Below are positions 1 to 17,591 of a stretch of 64,000 nt of DNA, in pieces; position 1 is the stretch's first letter; every line of letters starts with the position of its first letter. The position numbers and the translations under genes are program-made. Below the pieces are notes generated by a model. That model saw only the letters and a list, made by a program, of their open reading frames with translations, did not search any database and was not told the DNA's origin. Source of the DNA: the human T2T-CHM13v2.0 reference genome, Homo sapiens; NCBI RefSeq assembly GCF_009914755.1, contig NC_060929.1. One strand, 5' to 3'.

Positions 1-11
1 TACCAATTTAC
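1..11 (-). mobile_element. First bases of THE1 (MaLR) internal sequence, continuing left out of the window
   Basis: Reverse complement GTAAATTGGTA abuts the LTR end and matches the recalled start of THE1-int. Confidence 0.6.
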
Positions 12-373
12 TGCATTAGTTTGTCCTCAAACTGCTATGAAGAAATATCTGAGACTCAGTTATTTATAAAGGAAAGACATTCAATTGACACACAGTTCTG
101 TATGGCTGGGGAGGCCTCAGGAAACTTACAATCATGGCGGAAGGCACGTCTTCACAGGGTGGCAGGAGACAGAATGAGTGCTGAGCAAAGGGGCAAGCCA
201 CTTATCCCCTTATAAAACCATCAGATCTCATGAGAAATCACTCACTATCATGAGAACCACATGGGGGAAACCACCTCCATGATTCAATTATCTTGACCTG
301 TCCCCCCTTGACACATTGGGATTATTACAATTCAAGATGAGATTTTAGGTGGGGACATAGCCAAACCATATCA
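12..373 (-). mobile_element. THE1 (THE1C/D-like) MaLR LTR
   Basis: Minus strand starts TGATATGGTTTGGCTATGTCCCCACC and ends ...ACTAATGCA; contains CCTGAGGCCTCCCCAGCCAT; ~360 bp. Confidence 0.9.
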
Positions 374-904
374 CTATGCATCCAACAAAAGACTAATATC
401 CAGAACCCACAAAGAACTCAAACAAATCAGAGATAAAAAATAATAATAATCTCATCAAAAACTGGGCAAAGGACATAAATAGACAATTCTCAAAACAAGA
501 TGTACAAATAAAAAAATATGAAAAATGCTCAACATCACTAATGATCAAGGAAATGCAAATCATAACCAAAATGTGATGCCACCTTACTCTTGCAAGAATG
601 ACCATGATTAAAAGATAAAATATAATAGAAGTTGACATGAATGTGGTGAAAAGGGAACACTTTTACACTGCTGGTGGGAATGTAACCTAGTACAACCAAT
701 ATGGAAAACAGTATGGAGATTCCTTGAAGAACTAAAAGTAGAACTACCATTTGATCCAGAATCCCACTACTGAGTATCTAAAAGGAAAATAAGTCATTAT
801 ATGAGAAAGATACTTTCATATGCATGTTGATAGCAGCACAATTTGTAACTGGAAAAATATGGAACCAGCCTAAATCCCCATCAACCAACAAGTGGATGAA
901 GAAA

Positions 905-906
<2 letters not shown>
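374..906 (+). mobile_element. Old L1 (L1PB/L1MA-type) ORF2 C-terminal fragment
   Basis: Degenerate ORF2 3' sequence; ORF 824..1081 reads LIAAQF..KIWNQPKSPS. Confidence 0.85.

Positions 907-955
<49 letters not shown>
907..955. repeat. (AC)n microsatellite, about 24 units
   Basis: Direct inspection. Confidence 0.98.
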
Positions 956-956
<1 letters not shown>

Positions 957-985
957 TATTTATTATGTCAATAGATGGGGAAACA

Positions 986-1280
986 CATTTACTCATCCCC
1001 CACCCCCTTCCCTCAGACCCTGGTAATCACTATTCTACTCTCTTCTTCTATGAGTTCAACTTTTTTAGGTTCCATACATAAATGAGATCATGCAGTGTTT
1101 GTCTTTCTGTTTTACTTCTGTTTTATATAACCTAATGACCGGCAGTTCCCTTCATGTTGCTGCATATAACAGGATTTTCTTTTTTTAAGACTGAATCATA
1201 TTTTATTGTGTCTATATAACACATCTTTATTCATCTGTTGATGAACACTTGGTTCCACATCTTAGCTATTGTGAATAAAA
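986..1280 (-). mobile_element. L1MA/L1MB 3' end fragment
   Basis: CTGGTAATCACTATTCTACTCTC...GAGATCATGCAGTG...GCTATTGTGAATA, antisense L1M 3' end. Confidence 0.75.
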
Positions 1281-2532
1281 TTATGAATTTCTAAAAAGTA
1301 ATTGCTCTAAGAAAAGGGAGAAGAAAATATTTCTTATTTTTAGAGGTAGAATTAAGCCTCTTATTTCTAATTTGTCTTTGCCCCTACTGTTATCTGACCC
1401 TTTTCAGGATATGGGAACTCTCTTGAAACATCAGCAATATACCATATCCCTTCATCCCTAGTTGGTCAAGCAACCGGTAGAGAACAGGACCAGAGAAATT
1501 GACTGTTTGTTAAAGAAAGAAAGAGTTATCCACAATTCAAAATCTCTGGCCACATGAAATTGAACTACTTGGCAGATGTTTCCTAATAGGTGTTTTCTAT
1601 AGAATCTTGGTTTACATTTGATTGGCTACTCTTGTTGTAGCCAAAGGTGATGCCCTTCCATAACCACCACAACGAAAGTAACCCCCCAGGCCTGCTGAAA
1701 ATCTGTCCCATTGTCCAGCATATCTCTGTAATAGAACCCCTCAGAACGTGTAGTTACCCTCTTTACTTATTTATTATTATTTCCTGCTATTATTATTCTC
1801 AGTCTGTGAAGACAGAACACTTTTCTTTCTTTTTCAATTAAGAAGTAAAATTGTCTTCTTATTTCCAATATGTTTAAGTAACTAGAAGAGTGGTAGATAT
1901 ATAGTAGGCCTTCAATAAATATTTGTTGAACTAATGAATGAAACAATAAATACACAATGCATACAAAACTGACCTGGCAGAATTGTGAATCAGAGTAGTG
2001 TTCTCCTATTTTAAACTTTTGCTGAATTAATTCTCTCAAATGAGTGCAATTTCAACCACCATATAAGTATTTACTTGGGCATCTCAGCACTCAATACCTG
2101 AGTCTTGAAATAATATGCAGCACAATGGCATAGGCAGAATGATTTCATTTGAATATGTCCACATGGGAGGATTCTGTTTACCATTTATATGTCTCATAAA
2201 ATAGATTTGGAAAATCATCACCAGCAATAACTCTAGGCTGCAGTGAGAAAAAGCAATGGTTCTAAGACCTGAACTCAGCTCTGGATCAAGTGGCTCTGAT
2301 AGATATCTATAGAACTCTCCACCCCAAAATAACAGAATATACATTCTTATCACCACACAGCACTTCCTCTAAAATTGATCACATAATTGGAAGTAAAACA
2401 CTCCGCAGCAAATGCAAAAGAACTGAAATACTAACAGTCTCTCAGATTAGAGCACAATCAAATTAGATTGAAAAATTTACTCATAACACACAACTAAATG
2501 GAAATCGAACAACGTGTTCCTGAATGACTCTT

Positions 2533-3839
<1,307 letters not shown>

Positions 3840-4148
3840 TGAATGACTCTTGGGTAAATAATGAATTTAAGGCAGAAATCAGGAAGTTCTTTGAAACTAA
3901 TGAGAACAAAGAGACAATGTACCTGAATCTCTGGGACACAGCTAAAGCAGCATTAAGAGGAAAATTTATAGCATTGAATGTCCACAACAAAAAGCTAGAA
4001 AGATCTCAAGTTAACAACCTAACATCACAGCTAAAAGAACTAGAAAAGCAAACAAACCCCAAAGCTAGCAGAATACAAGAAATAACCAACAAAAGAGCTG
4101 AACTGAAGCAGACAAAGATATGAAAAATCCTTCAAGAAAATCAGTGAA

Positions 4149-4257
4149 TCCAGCTTTAACCCAAAAGTCCAAGCCCAAAGTCTTATCTGAGTCAAAGAAA
4201 GTCCCTTCTGCCTATGAGCCCATAAAAAGCAAAAGCAAGTTAGTTACATCCTAGATA
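4149..4257 (-). mobile_element. Orphan MaLR (THE1/MST) internal-sequence fragment inside L1 ORF2
   Basis: CAGCTTTAACCCAAAAGTCCAAG...AAGTCCCTTCTGCCTATGAGCC...AAAAGCAAGTTAGTTAC..CTAGATA resembles the antisense 3' part of THE1/MST-int; L1 is collinear on both sides. Confidence 0.75.
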
Positions 4258-6247
4258 AAACTAGTTTTCAAAAAATTAGTTTTTTGAAAAAATTAATAAA
4301 ACAGACTGCAAGCTAGACACATAAAGAAGAAGAGAAGAGATAAATAGAGACAATCAGAAATGATAAGGGAGATATCACCACTGACCCCACAGAAATACAA
4401 CCATTAGGGAATATTATAAATACCTCTATGCACATAAACTAGAAAATCTAGAAGTGGATAAATTCCTAGACACATACACCCTCCCAAGTCTGAACCAGGA
4501 AGAAATTGAATCCCCAAACAGATTGATAATGAGTTCTGAAACTGAGGCAGTAATAAATAGCCTAGGAACAAATAAAAGCCCAAGACCAGATGAATTCACA
4601 GCTGAATTCTACCAAAGGTACAAAGAAGAGCTGTTGCCATTTCTACTGAAATGATTCCAAACAACTGAAAAGAAGGAACTCCTCTGTAACTCATTCTATG
4701 AGGCCAGCATCATCCTGATACCAAAACCTGGCAGAGATACAAGAAAAAAAGAAAATATCAGACCAATATCCTTGATGAACCTCAATGCAAAACTTCTCAA
4801 TAAAATACTGGCACACCAAACCAGCAGCACATCAAAAAGCTTATCCACCATGATCAAGTTGGCTTCATCCCCAGGATGCAAGGTTGGTTCAACATAGGCA
4901 AATCAATAAATGTGATTCACCATATAAACAGAACTAATGACAAAACCACATGATTATATCAATAGATGCAGAAAAAGCCTTTGACAAAATTCAACATCCC
5001 TTCATGTTAAAAACTCTCAATAAACTGGATATTGAAGGGACATATCTCAAAATAATAAGAGCCATACACGATAAATCCACAGCCATTATCATAATGGATG
5101 GGCAAAAGCTGGAGGCATTCCTCTTGAAAACCAGCATAAGGCAAGGATGTCCTTTCTCACCATTTCTATTCAACATAGTATTGGAAGTTCTGGACAGGGA
5201 AATCAAGCAAGAGAAAGAAATAAAGGGTATTCAAATAGGAAGTGAGGGAGTCAAATTATCTTTGCAGATGACATGATTCTATATTTAGAAAACTCCATCA
5301 TCTCAGCCCAAAATTTTCTTAAGCTGAGAAAAGCAACTTCAGCAAAGTCTCAGGACATAAAGTCAATGCACAGAAATTGCTAGCATTTTTATACACCAAT
5401 AACAGGCAAGAGCCAAATCATGAATGAACTCCCATTCACAATTGCTACAGAAAAAAAAATACCTAGGAATACAGATAACAAGGAAAGTGAATGACCATTT
5501 CCAGGAGAACTATAAAGCACTTTTCAAAGAAATAAGAAAGGACATAAACAAATGGAAGAACCAACCATCCTCATGATTAGGAAGAATCAATATCATGAAA
5601 ATGGCCATCCAGTACAAAGTAATTTGTAGCTTCAATACTATTTTCATTGAACTACCATTTATATTCTTCACAGAATTAGAAAAAAAACTATTTTAAAATT
5701 CATAGAGAACCAAAAAATAGCCCAGATAGCCAAGACAATCCTAAGCAAAAATAAAACTGGAGGCATCATGTTAACCAACTTCAAACTATACTACAGGGCT
5801 ACAGTAACCAAAACAGCATGGTATAAGAACAGTGGTATAAGAACAGATGCATAGACCAATGGAAAAGAATACTCAGAAATAATACTGCACACCTACAACC
5901 ATCTTATCTTCCACAAACCTGACAAAAACAACCAATGGGGAAAGAATTCCCTATGCAATAAATGGTGCTGGGAGAACTGGTTAGCCATATGCAGAAAACT
6001 GAAACTGAACCCCTTCCTTATACCATATACAAATTTTTTTTTATTATACTTTAAGTTTTAGGGTACATGTGCACATTGTGCAGGTTAGTTACATATGTAT
6101 ACATGTGCCATGCTGGTGCGCTGCACCCACTAACTCATCATCTAGTATTAGGTATATCTCCCGATGCTATCCCTCCCCCCTCCCCCCACCCCACAACAGT
6201 CCCCAGAGTGTGATATTCCCCTTCCTGTGTCCATGTAATCTCATTGT

Positions 6248-10077
<3,830 letters not shown>

Positions 10078-10140
10078 TATGATGTTAGCTGGTTATTTTG
10101 CTCATTGGTTGATGCAGTTTCTTCCTAGTCTCGATGGTCT

Positions 10141-11157
10141 TTACATTTTGGCATGATTTTGCAGTGGCTGGTACCGGTTGTTCCTTTCCATGTTTAGTGC
10201 TTCCTTCAAGAGCTCTTGTAAGGCAGGCCTGGTGGTGACAAAATCTCTCAGCATTTGCTTGTCTGTAAAGTATTTTATTTCTCCTTCACTTATGAAGCTT
10301 AGTTTGGCTGGATATGAAATTCTGGGTTGAAAATTCTTTTCTTTAAGAATGTTGAATATTGGCCCCCACTCTCTTCTGGCTTGTAGGGTTTCTGCCGAGA
10401 GATCCGCTGTTAGTCTGATGGGCTTCCCTGTGAGGGTAACCCAACCTTTCTCTCTGGCTGCCCTTAACATTTTTTCCTTCATTTCCACTTTGGTGAATCT
10501 GACAATTATGTGTCTTGGAGTTGCTCTTCTCGAGGAGTATCTTTGTGGCGTTCTCTGTATTTCCTGAATCTGAACGTTGGCCTGCCTTGCTAGATTGGGG
10601 AAGTTCTCCTGGATAATATCCTGCAGAGTGTTTTCCAACTTGGTTCCATTCTCCCCATCACTTTCAGGTACACCAATCAGGCATAGATTTGGTCTTTTCA
10701 CATAGTCCCATATTTCTTGGAGGCTTTGCTCATTTCTTTTTATTCTTTTTTCTCTGGACTTCCCTTCTCACTTCATTTCATTCATTTCATCTTCCATCAC
10801 TGATACCCTTTCTTCCAGTTGATCGCATCGGCTCCTGAGGCTTCTGCATTCTTCACGTAGTTCTCGAGCCTTGGTTTTCAGCTCCATCAGCTCCTTTAAG
10901 CACTTCTCTGTATTGGTTATTCTAGTTATACATTCTTCTAAATTTTTTTCAAAGTTTTCAACTTCTTTGCCTTTGGTTTGAATGTCCTCCCGTAGCTCAG
11001 AGTAATTTGATCGTCTGAAGCCTTCTTCTCTCAGCTCCTCAAAGTCATTCTCCATCCACCTTTGTTCCGTTGCTGGTGAGGAACTGCGTTCCTTTGGAGG
11101 AGGAGAGGCGCTCTGCTTTTTAGAGTTTCCAGTTTTTCTGTTCTGTTTTTTCCCCAT
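10141..11157 (-). pseudogene. L1 ORF1 (RNA-binding chaperone) with premature stop
   Basis: MGKKQNRKTGNSK...QNHAKM over 1017 nt; in-frame TGA at 10768-10770 (likely CGA>TGA). Confidence 0.95.
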
Positions 11158-12049
11158 CTTTGTGGTTTTATCTACTTTTGGTCTTTGATGTTGGTGATGT
11201 ACAGATGGGTTTTTGGTGTGGATGTCCTTTCTGTTTGTTAGTTTTCCTTCTAACAGAGAAGACCCTCAGCTGCAGGTCTGTTGGAGTACCCTGCCGTGTG
11301 AGGTGTCAGTGTGACCCTGCTGGGGGGTGCCTCCCAGTTAGGCTGCTCAGGGGTCAGGGGTCAGGGACCCACTTGAGGAGGCAGTCTGCCTGTTCTCAGA
11401 TCTCCAGCTGCGTGCTGGGAGAACCACTGCTCTCTTCAAAGCTGTCAGACAGGGACATTTAAGTCTGCAGAGGTTACTGCTGTCTTTTTGTTTGTCTGTG
11501 CCCTGCCCCCAGAGGTGCAGCCTACAGAGGCAGGCAGGCCTCCTTGAGCTGTGGTGGGCTCCACCCAGTTCGAGCTTCCCGGCTGCTTTGTTTACCTAAT
11601 CAAGCCTGGGCAATGGCGGGCGCCCCTCCCCCAGCCTTGCTGCCACCTTGCAGTTTGATCTCAGACTGCTGTGCTAGCAATCAGTGAGACTCCGTGAGCG
11701 TTGGACCCTCCCAGCCAGGTGCGGGATATAATCTCATGGTGCACCGTTTTTTAAGCCCGTCGGAAAAGCGCAGTATTCGGGTGGGAGTGACCCGATTTTC
11801 CAGGTGCCGTCAGTCACCGCTTTCTTTGACTCAGAAAGGGAACTCCCTGACCCCTTGCGCTTCCCAAGTGAGGCAATGCCTCACCCTGCTTCGGCTCGCG
11901 CACGGTGCGCGCACCCACTGACCGGCACTCCCTAGTGAGATGAACCCGGTACCTCAGATGGAAATGCAGAAATCACCCGTCTTCTGTGTCGCTCACGCTG
12001 GGAGCTGTAGACCGGAGCTGTTCCTATTTGGCCATCTTGGCTCCTCCCC
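11158..12049 (-). promoter_or_regulatory. L1 5'UTR with sense promoter (YY1 site at 12030-12039) and antisense promoter
   Basis: CAAGATGGCC on the minus strand near the 5' end; CpG-rich relative to the rest of the window. Confidence 0.85.
11613..11921 (+). pseudogene. L1 ORF0 with premature stop at codon 25
   Basis: ATG GCG GGC GCC CCT... = MAGAPPPALLPPCSLISDCCASNQ*, TGA at 11685-11687; the frame continues as ORF 11694..11921. Confidence 0.85.
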
Positions 12050-13854
12050 ATCCATATACAAAAATTAACTCCAGATGGATTTAAGAGTTAAATGTAAAAC
12101 CCAAAACTATAAAAACCCTAGAAGAAAATCTAGGCAATACCATTCAGGACATAGGCACAGGCAAACATTTCATGATAAAAATGCCAAAAGCAATTGCAAC
12201 AGAAGCCAAAATTGACAAATGGGACCTAATTAAACTAAAGACCTTCTGCACAGCAAAAGAAACTATCATCAGAGTGAAGAGACAACCTACAGAGAGAAAA
12301 CTTTTGCAATCTATCCATTTAACAAAAATCTAATATCCAGAGTCTACAAGGAACTTAAACCAATGTACAAGAAAAAAAAAACATTAAAAAGTAGGCAAAA
12401 GACATGAACAGACACTTCTCAAAAGAAGACATACATATGGCCAAGAAACATGAAAAAATGCTCAGCATCACTGATCATTAAAGAAATGCAAATCAAAACC
12501 ACAAAGAGATACCATCTCATGCCAGTCAGAACGGCTATTACTAAAAAGTCAAAAAATAACATGCTGGTTAGGTTGTGGAGAAAAATGAATCCTTTTACAC
12601 TGTTGGTGGAAGTGTAAATTTATTCAACTATTATAGAAGACAGTATGGTGATTCCTCAAAGAGCTAGAGACAGGAATACCATTTGCCCCAACAATCCCAT
12701 GACTGAGTATATACCCAAAGGAATATAAATCATTCTATTATAAAGATACATGCATGAATACGTTAACTGCAGCCCTATTCACAATAGCAAAAACATAGAA
12801 TCGATCTAAATGCCCATCAATGATAGACTGAATACACAAAGTGTGGTAAACATACACCATGGAATACTATGCAGCCATAAAAAAGAACAAGATTACGTCC
12901 TTTGTTGGGATGTGGATGGAGCTGGAAGCCATTATCCTCAGCAAACTAATTCAGGAACAGAAAACCAACCACCTCATATTCTCACTTATAAGGGGGAGCT
13001 GAATGATGAAAACATATGGACACATGGTGGGAAACAATACACACTGGGGCCTGTTGTGGGTTGTTCTGGGGCGGGAATGACGATGGCACACATTTAACTA
13101 TGTAACAAACCTGCACATCCTGCACATATATGCCTGAACTTAAAAGTTGAAGAAAAAAAAAATAATTCAGCAAAAGTTTAAAAAACCAACTATGCCTTCC
13201 CACTCCCACACAGCCTTCCCTTAGAGATCAGAGGTAGAAACACAAGGCACCTGCCTGGGAGCCCCCTCATCATCATTATTATTATTTTATCTTTAACTCA
13301 GCTCAAGTCTCACTTACTCCTCCTCCCTTCCCTCTCTGAATTAAACGTGGTGATTGTTTTCCCCAAATATCCTACTGGGAAAAGAAGGGGCCTCAGTCAG
13401 GACCCTTCTGGCAGATGAGAGCTGGCAGATGAGTGGACAGAAATAAAATCCATCTTTAAAGTGATCCTGTGGTTTGCCTGCAGGGTTTTTGCTGCTTTCC
13501 TCATGTTTCTCATTGATGTCCAGCCCAAATATCTATATTCTCTAAAACAGAAATAAGTTGTCCCCTCAAGATCAATATAGAAATAACTGACATTTCCTTC
13601 AGACGTTAAATTTTCATCTCGGTGAGGAAAAGACAAGGAATGAAGAATGGGGAGTGAGGACAAGAATTCCTGGAGTAAAACTGACTTTCAGCTACATCTT
13701 AAATGGCAAAGACTCTGACATGAATCAAATGTCTAAAGAGCTGCAGAATCTACATCTAACTTTTGAGGTAAATTCCCCATGAAGGTCCAACTATGAGGAA
13801 GGATCTGGGTTATTCATTTCTTTACCAAGTATAATATAAAGGGGATATTCTAAA

Positions 13855-14102
13855 TAATAACAATAGTCAACATTTATGGTACATTGCCTATATGTCAGGC
13901 AGACTCCTAAGCTATTTGCATTCATTATTTATTTAATTCTACATAATCTTGTGTGACTTTTCCTATTGTTGGGATTGCTATTTTACAGGTGAGAAAACAA
14001 CAACTCACAGAGGTAAAGTTGCACACCCAAGATCATACAGCTACTAAGCTGAGATGTGAACTCAGATCTGTTGATTCCAGAGCTGCAAGTCCACTGTACC
14101 AC
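13855..14102 (-). mobile_element. MIR SINE
   Basis: Core ATTTTACAGGTGAGAAAAC...AGAGGTAAAG...CCCAAGATCATACAGCTA. Confidence 0.75.
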
Positions 14103-14844
14103 CTTGAATAGAAAGAATATGGAGAAAGAAAAGAATAAGAGGGAAGAAAATAAATTTGGCATTTCTTTCCTACCCAGGATTCTAGTACCCTGGTTGAGAT
14201 GGTCTTGTAGGATCCCACGCATGGAGGCTTCCAAAGACAAGCAGTTTACCCACCAATAGGCTTTTTTGTTCGGCAACTGAGTCAAATCTCTGAGTAACTG
14301 AATTCACTTGCCTACACATCATAATTGGACAAGGTACAGAACGGATCTGACCTACTTTAGAATCAATTTTCTTGTACCCCATAGACTCTTTCAAGCTAAT
14401 TTACAAATATCATCCTGTTTTTGTCAAATACATCTAATTGCTCCTGGAGTGTTAACAGATGACACTGCCTGCCAGGCAGAATCTGCCAAGATTGGAGCTG
14501 CTGTGCAATATTGTTTTGCAAGAAAATCCCTAAGTCTTGGTTTTAGACAACCTCAAAAACAGAGAAGAACACTAAGAGTATTTCAGAGGTCTGGCTATGA
14601 ATTTTAACCCTCTAATGTAGTGTGTTACCAAAAGAGCCCTGTGACACAGTGTATTTATTAATCAGATTTAAGACTCTCCTCTCCCCTCAACTCTGTATCC
14701 CAGCCTTAATATTTTTTTTATTCAGACAAGAATCTAAAATTGGATTTGAAAGATGGCATCTATTTTTAAACATACCCCTTGGAATTAACTAGTGGAGAGC
14801 GCAGAATCAGTGATCAGAGCACAGTACCATCTGGGTGAGAGAGA

Positions 14845-15120
14845 TTCGCTTATTCAATCTCATAGTCAGGTGCCAGGAGGTATTTAGTCCCTGCTGTGAA
14901 CCAGGCACTTGTGCGGGATGCTGTTGATATACTGACAAAAGGAACGAACCATAGTCCTTGCCCTCATAGAGTTTATAATCTATGAAAACAATCGCACCAT
15001 TAAGGTATAATACAGTTTTGTTGTGATAAATGGTATAAGGAAATAGTGAATGGTGCTATGAGATAGTGCAAAGAGAATTTGGGCAGAAAGTTCAGGGATG
15101 TAATCATGAAGTTTAGATTA
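14845..15120 (-). mobile_element. L2 3' fragment
   Basis: CCAGGCACTTGTG...GTCCTTGCCCTCATAGAGTTTATAATCTA. Confidence 0.55.
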
Positions 15121-15258
15121 GACGATATTAATTATGAGAAGAGGGACAGAAAACCAGGATATTTAGGCACTAATGGAGAGAACAGATTGGAAGGGCAATA
15201 GTGATAATAGATGCCAGTGGATCTCAAGTAAATCTTGTATGAAAACAGTTCAATTTCT

Positions 15259-15632
<374 letters not shown>

Positions 15633-15664
15633 TAGTCTCTCACCCATTGTAAGAATCTCTACCT

Positions 15665-16930
15665 CTATTTATTCATTCATTTATAAAACACTTCTAAGCT
15701 TTTCTAGGCTCTGGAGATATTCAAGTAGAAAAAAAAACTGTTCCTGCCTGCCTGAAATTAATGTTCTAGTACAAAGAATCAGACAACAAACAAACAACAG
15801 GTAAATATAGAATATGTCAAAGGCTGGAAGGGCTACGGAGAAGTTGTGGGGTGGGGGCAGGGAGGAGGAGATATACCTAATGTAAATGACAAGTTAATGG
15901 GTGCAGCACACCAACATGGCACATGTATACACATGTAACAAACCTGCACTTTGTGCACATGTACCCTAGAACTTAAAATATAATAATAATAATGAAAAAC
16001 AGAGTGAGATGCAGAGATAGTTTATTGGGGGCTATTTAAATACAGAGGTGTAGAAAGTCCTTATTGGTATGAAGAAGTCACTGGGGTAGAAATTTGAAAG
16101 AAATAAGCAAGGGAGGCATGCAGCTATCAGGAGGAAGAGCATTCCAGGCAGAGGAGAGAACAAAAGTGAAGCCCCCAGGCAGGTGCATGCTACTGTGTTC
16201 TAGGGGCAATAAGGAGGCCAGTGTGGCTGGGGCTGAGTGAACAAAGTCCAAAGAGGAGTAGGGAAGGAGTGCAAAGTGGGAATAGGAAAACAGTTCATGT
16301 GGGGCCTTGGAAGCCTTTGTAAATGGACTTCTGCTTTCCATGAGATGAGAAACTCCTGGGAGCCCTTAAGCAGAGGGTGACATTAAATGACTCTGATATT
16401 TAAAAGAGCACTTTGGAGACTGTGTGAAAACATTAAGAGCAGAGGTCAGAGCAGAAGCAAGGATAGAGATGGGATAGAAACCTATTGCAATAATGAAGGC
16501 AAACAGATTAGGATGGTTTGAACCTGATGATAGTGGTAGAGAGGGTGAAAGTAATTGTACCCTGGCCATGAAAGGAAGGTAGGGTTAACAAGATTGGCTA
16601 ACGGATTGGTCATGGGGTATGAGAGAAAGAAACGAGGCCAAGATGACTTCGAGGTTTGTGGTCTGAGCAACTAGAACAATGTAGCTACCATGAACTGAAA
16701 TTGAAACTATGGGAGGAAACCATCTGGGGGAGAGGAATATGAGGAGTCTAGGTTTGCACATGTTAAGCAAAAGCTGCCTATTACAGAGTTAGTGAGATAT
16801 GGAGTAGGCAGTTGGTTTTATGGAAAGAGATTGATATTTCAGGGAAGAGATACATACAATTGGGAATACAGGATGAGATTACGTAGGTAGGTCATGTAGA
16901 CAGGGAAGTGCGGAAGTCCAAGGACTGAGA
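15665..16930 (-). mobile_element. L2a 3' region, interrupted by an L1 fragment
   Basis: ATTCATTCATT start, GAAGAGCATTCCAGGCAGAGG, AAGGAGGCCAGTGTGGCTGG, GGATTGGTCATGGGG. Confidence 0.8.
15843..15993 (+). mobile_element. Very short L1PA4/5 3' end
   Basis: GATATACCTAATGTAAATGAC...TGTACCCTAGAACTTAAAATATAATAAT. Confidence 0.9.
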
Positions 16931-17016
16931 TCCAAAAAGCTAATATCCAGGGAACCTAGTTCATTATGTATTTATTTCACAAATGTTGAATATCTCCCAA
17001 GTACCAGAAATATGAT

Positions 17017-17440
17017 ATCAAGAAGTGGAGACTCTTTCCCCACACTTTGATTCTAGGCTGGTGTTATGACTTGCTTTGACCAATAGAATGTAGTGCAAGT
17101 CACAATGTGCTCATTCTGGGCCTAAGCCTAGAGAGGCCTGGCATGCTTCCATTCTGTCTCTTAGGGTCCTGCCACCACCACATATGTTAGCCTGCTGGAG
17201 GACGACAGCCAGCCAACCTCCAGACATGTGAGTGAGGCCAACCTAAACCAGCCAGCCCTCAGCCATCCCAGCAGCTGAACACAGATGCATGAGAAAGGCC
17301 AGTCTGTATTACCTGAATGCAGCCCAGAAGAGCAGAACCACCTATTGGGTCCTTAGTCTCATGAGAAATAGTAGATGGTGGTTGTTTGCTGCCACTAACA
17401 TGTGGAGTGGTTTTCGATGAAGTAATAGTTAATTAATCCA
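17017..17440 (+). mobile_element. MLT1 (G/H-like) MaLR LTR
   Basis: TGACTTGCTTTGACCAATAGAATG...CCAGACATGTGAGTGAGGCCA...TGTTTGCTGCCACTAA. Confidence 0.75.
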
Positions 17441-17591
17441 ATTTTTGTCTTCCCAACTCTACATGTGCAAATTCTACCCATTCCATTTCAAATATACCAT
17501 CCTCCATGAAGTATTGCCTGATACCTACAGCAAGAAGTCAGCTCTTTTTCCTCTGACACCCTACAGCATTTAAACTGTATCTTTTGGTATT

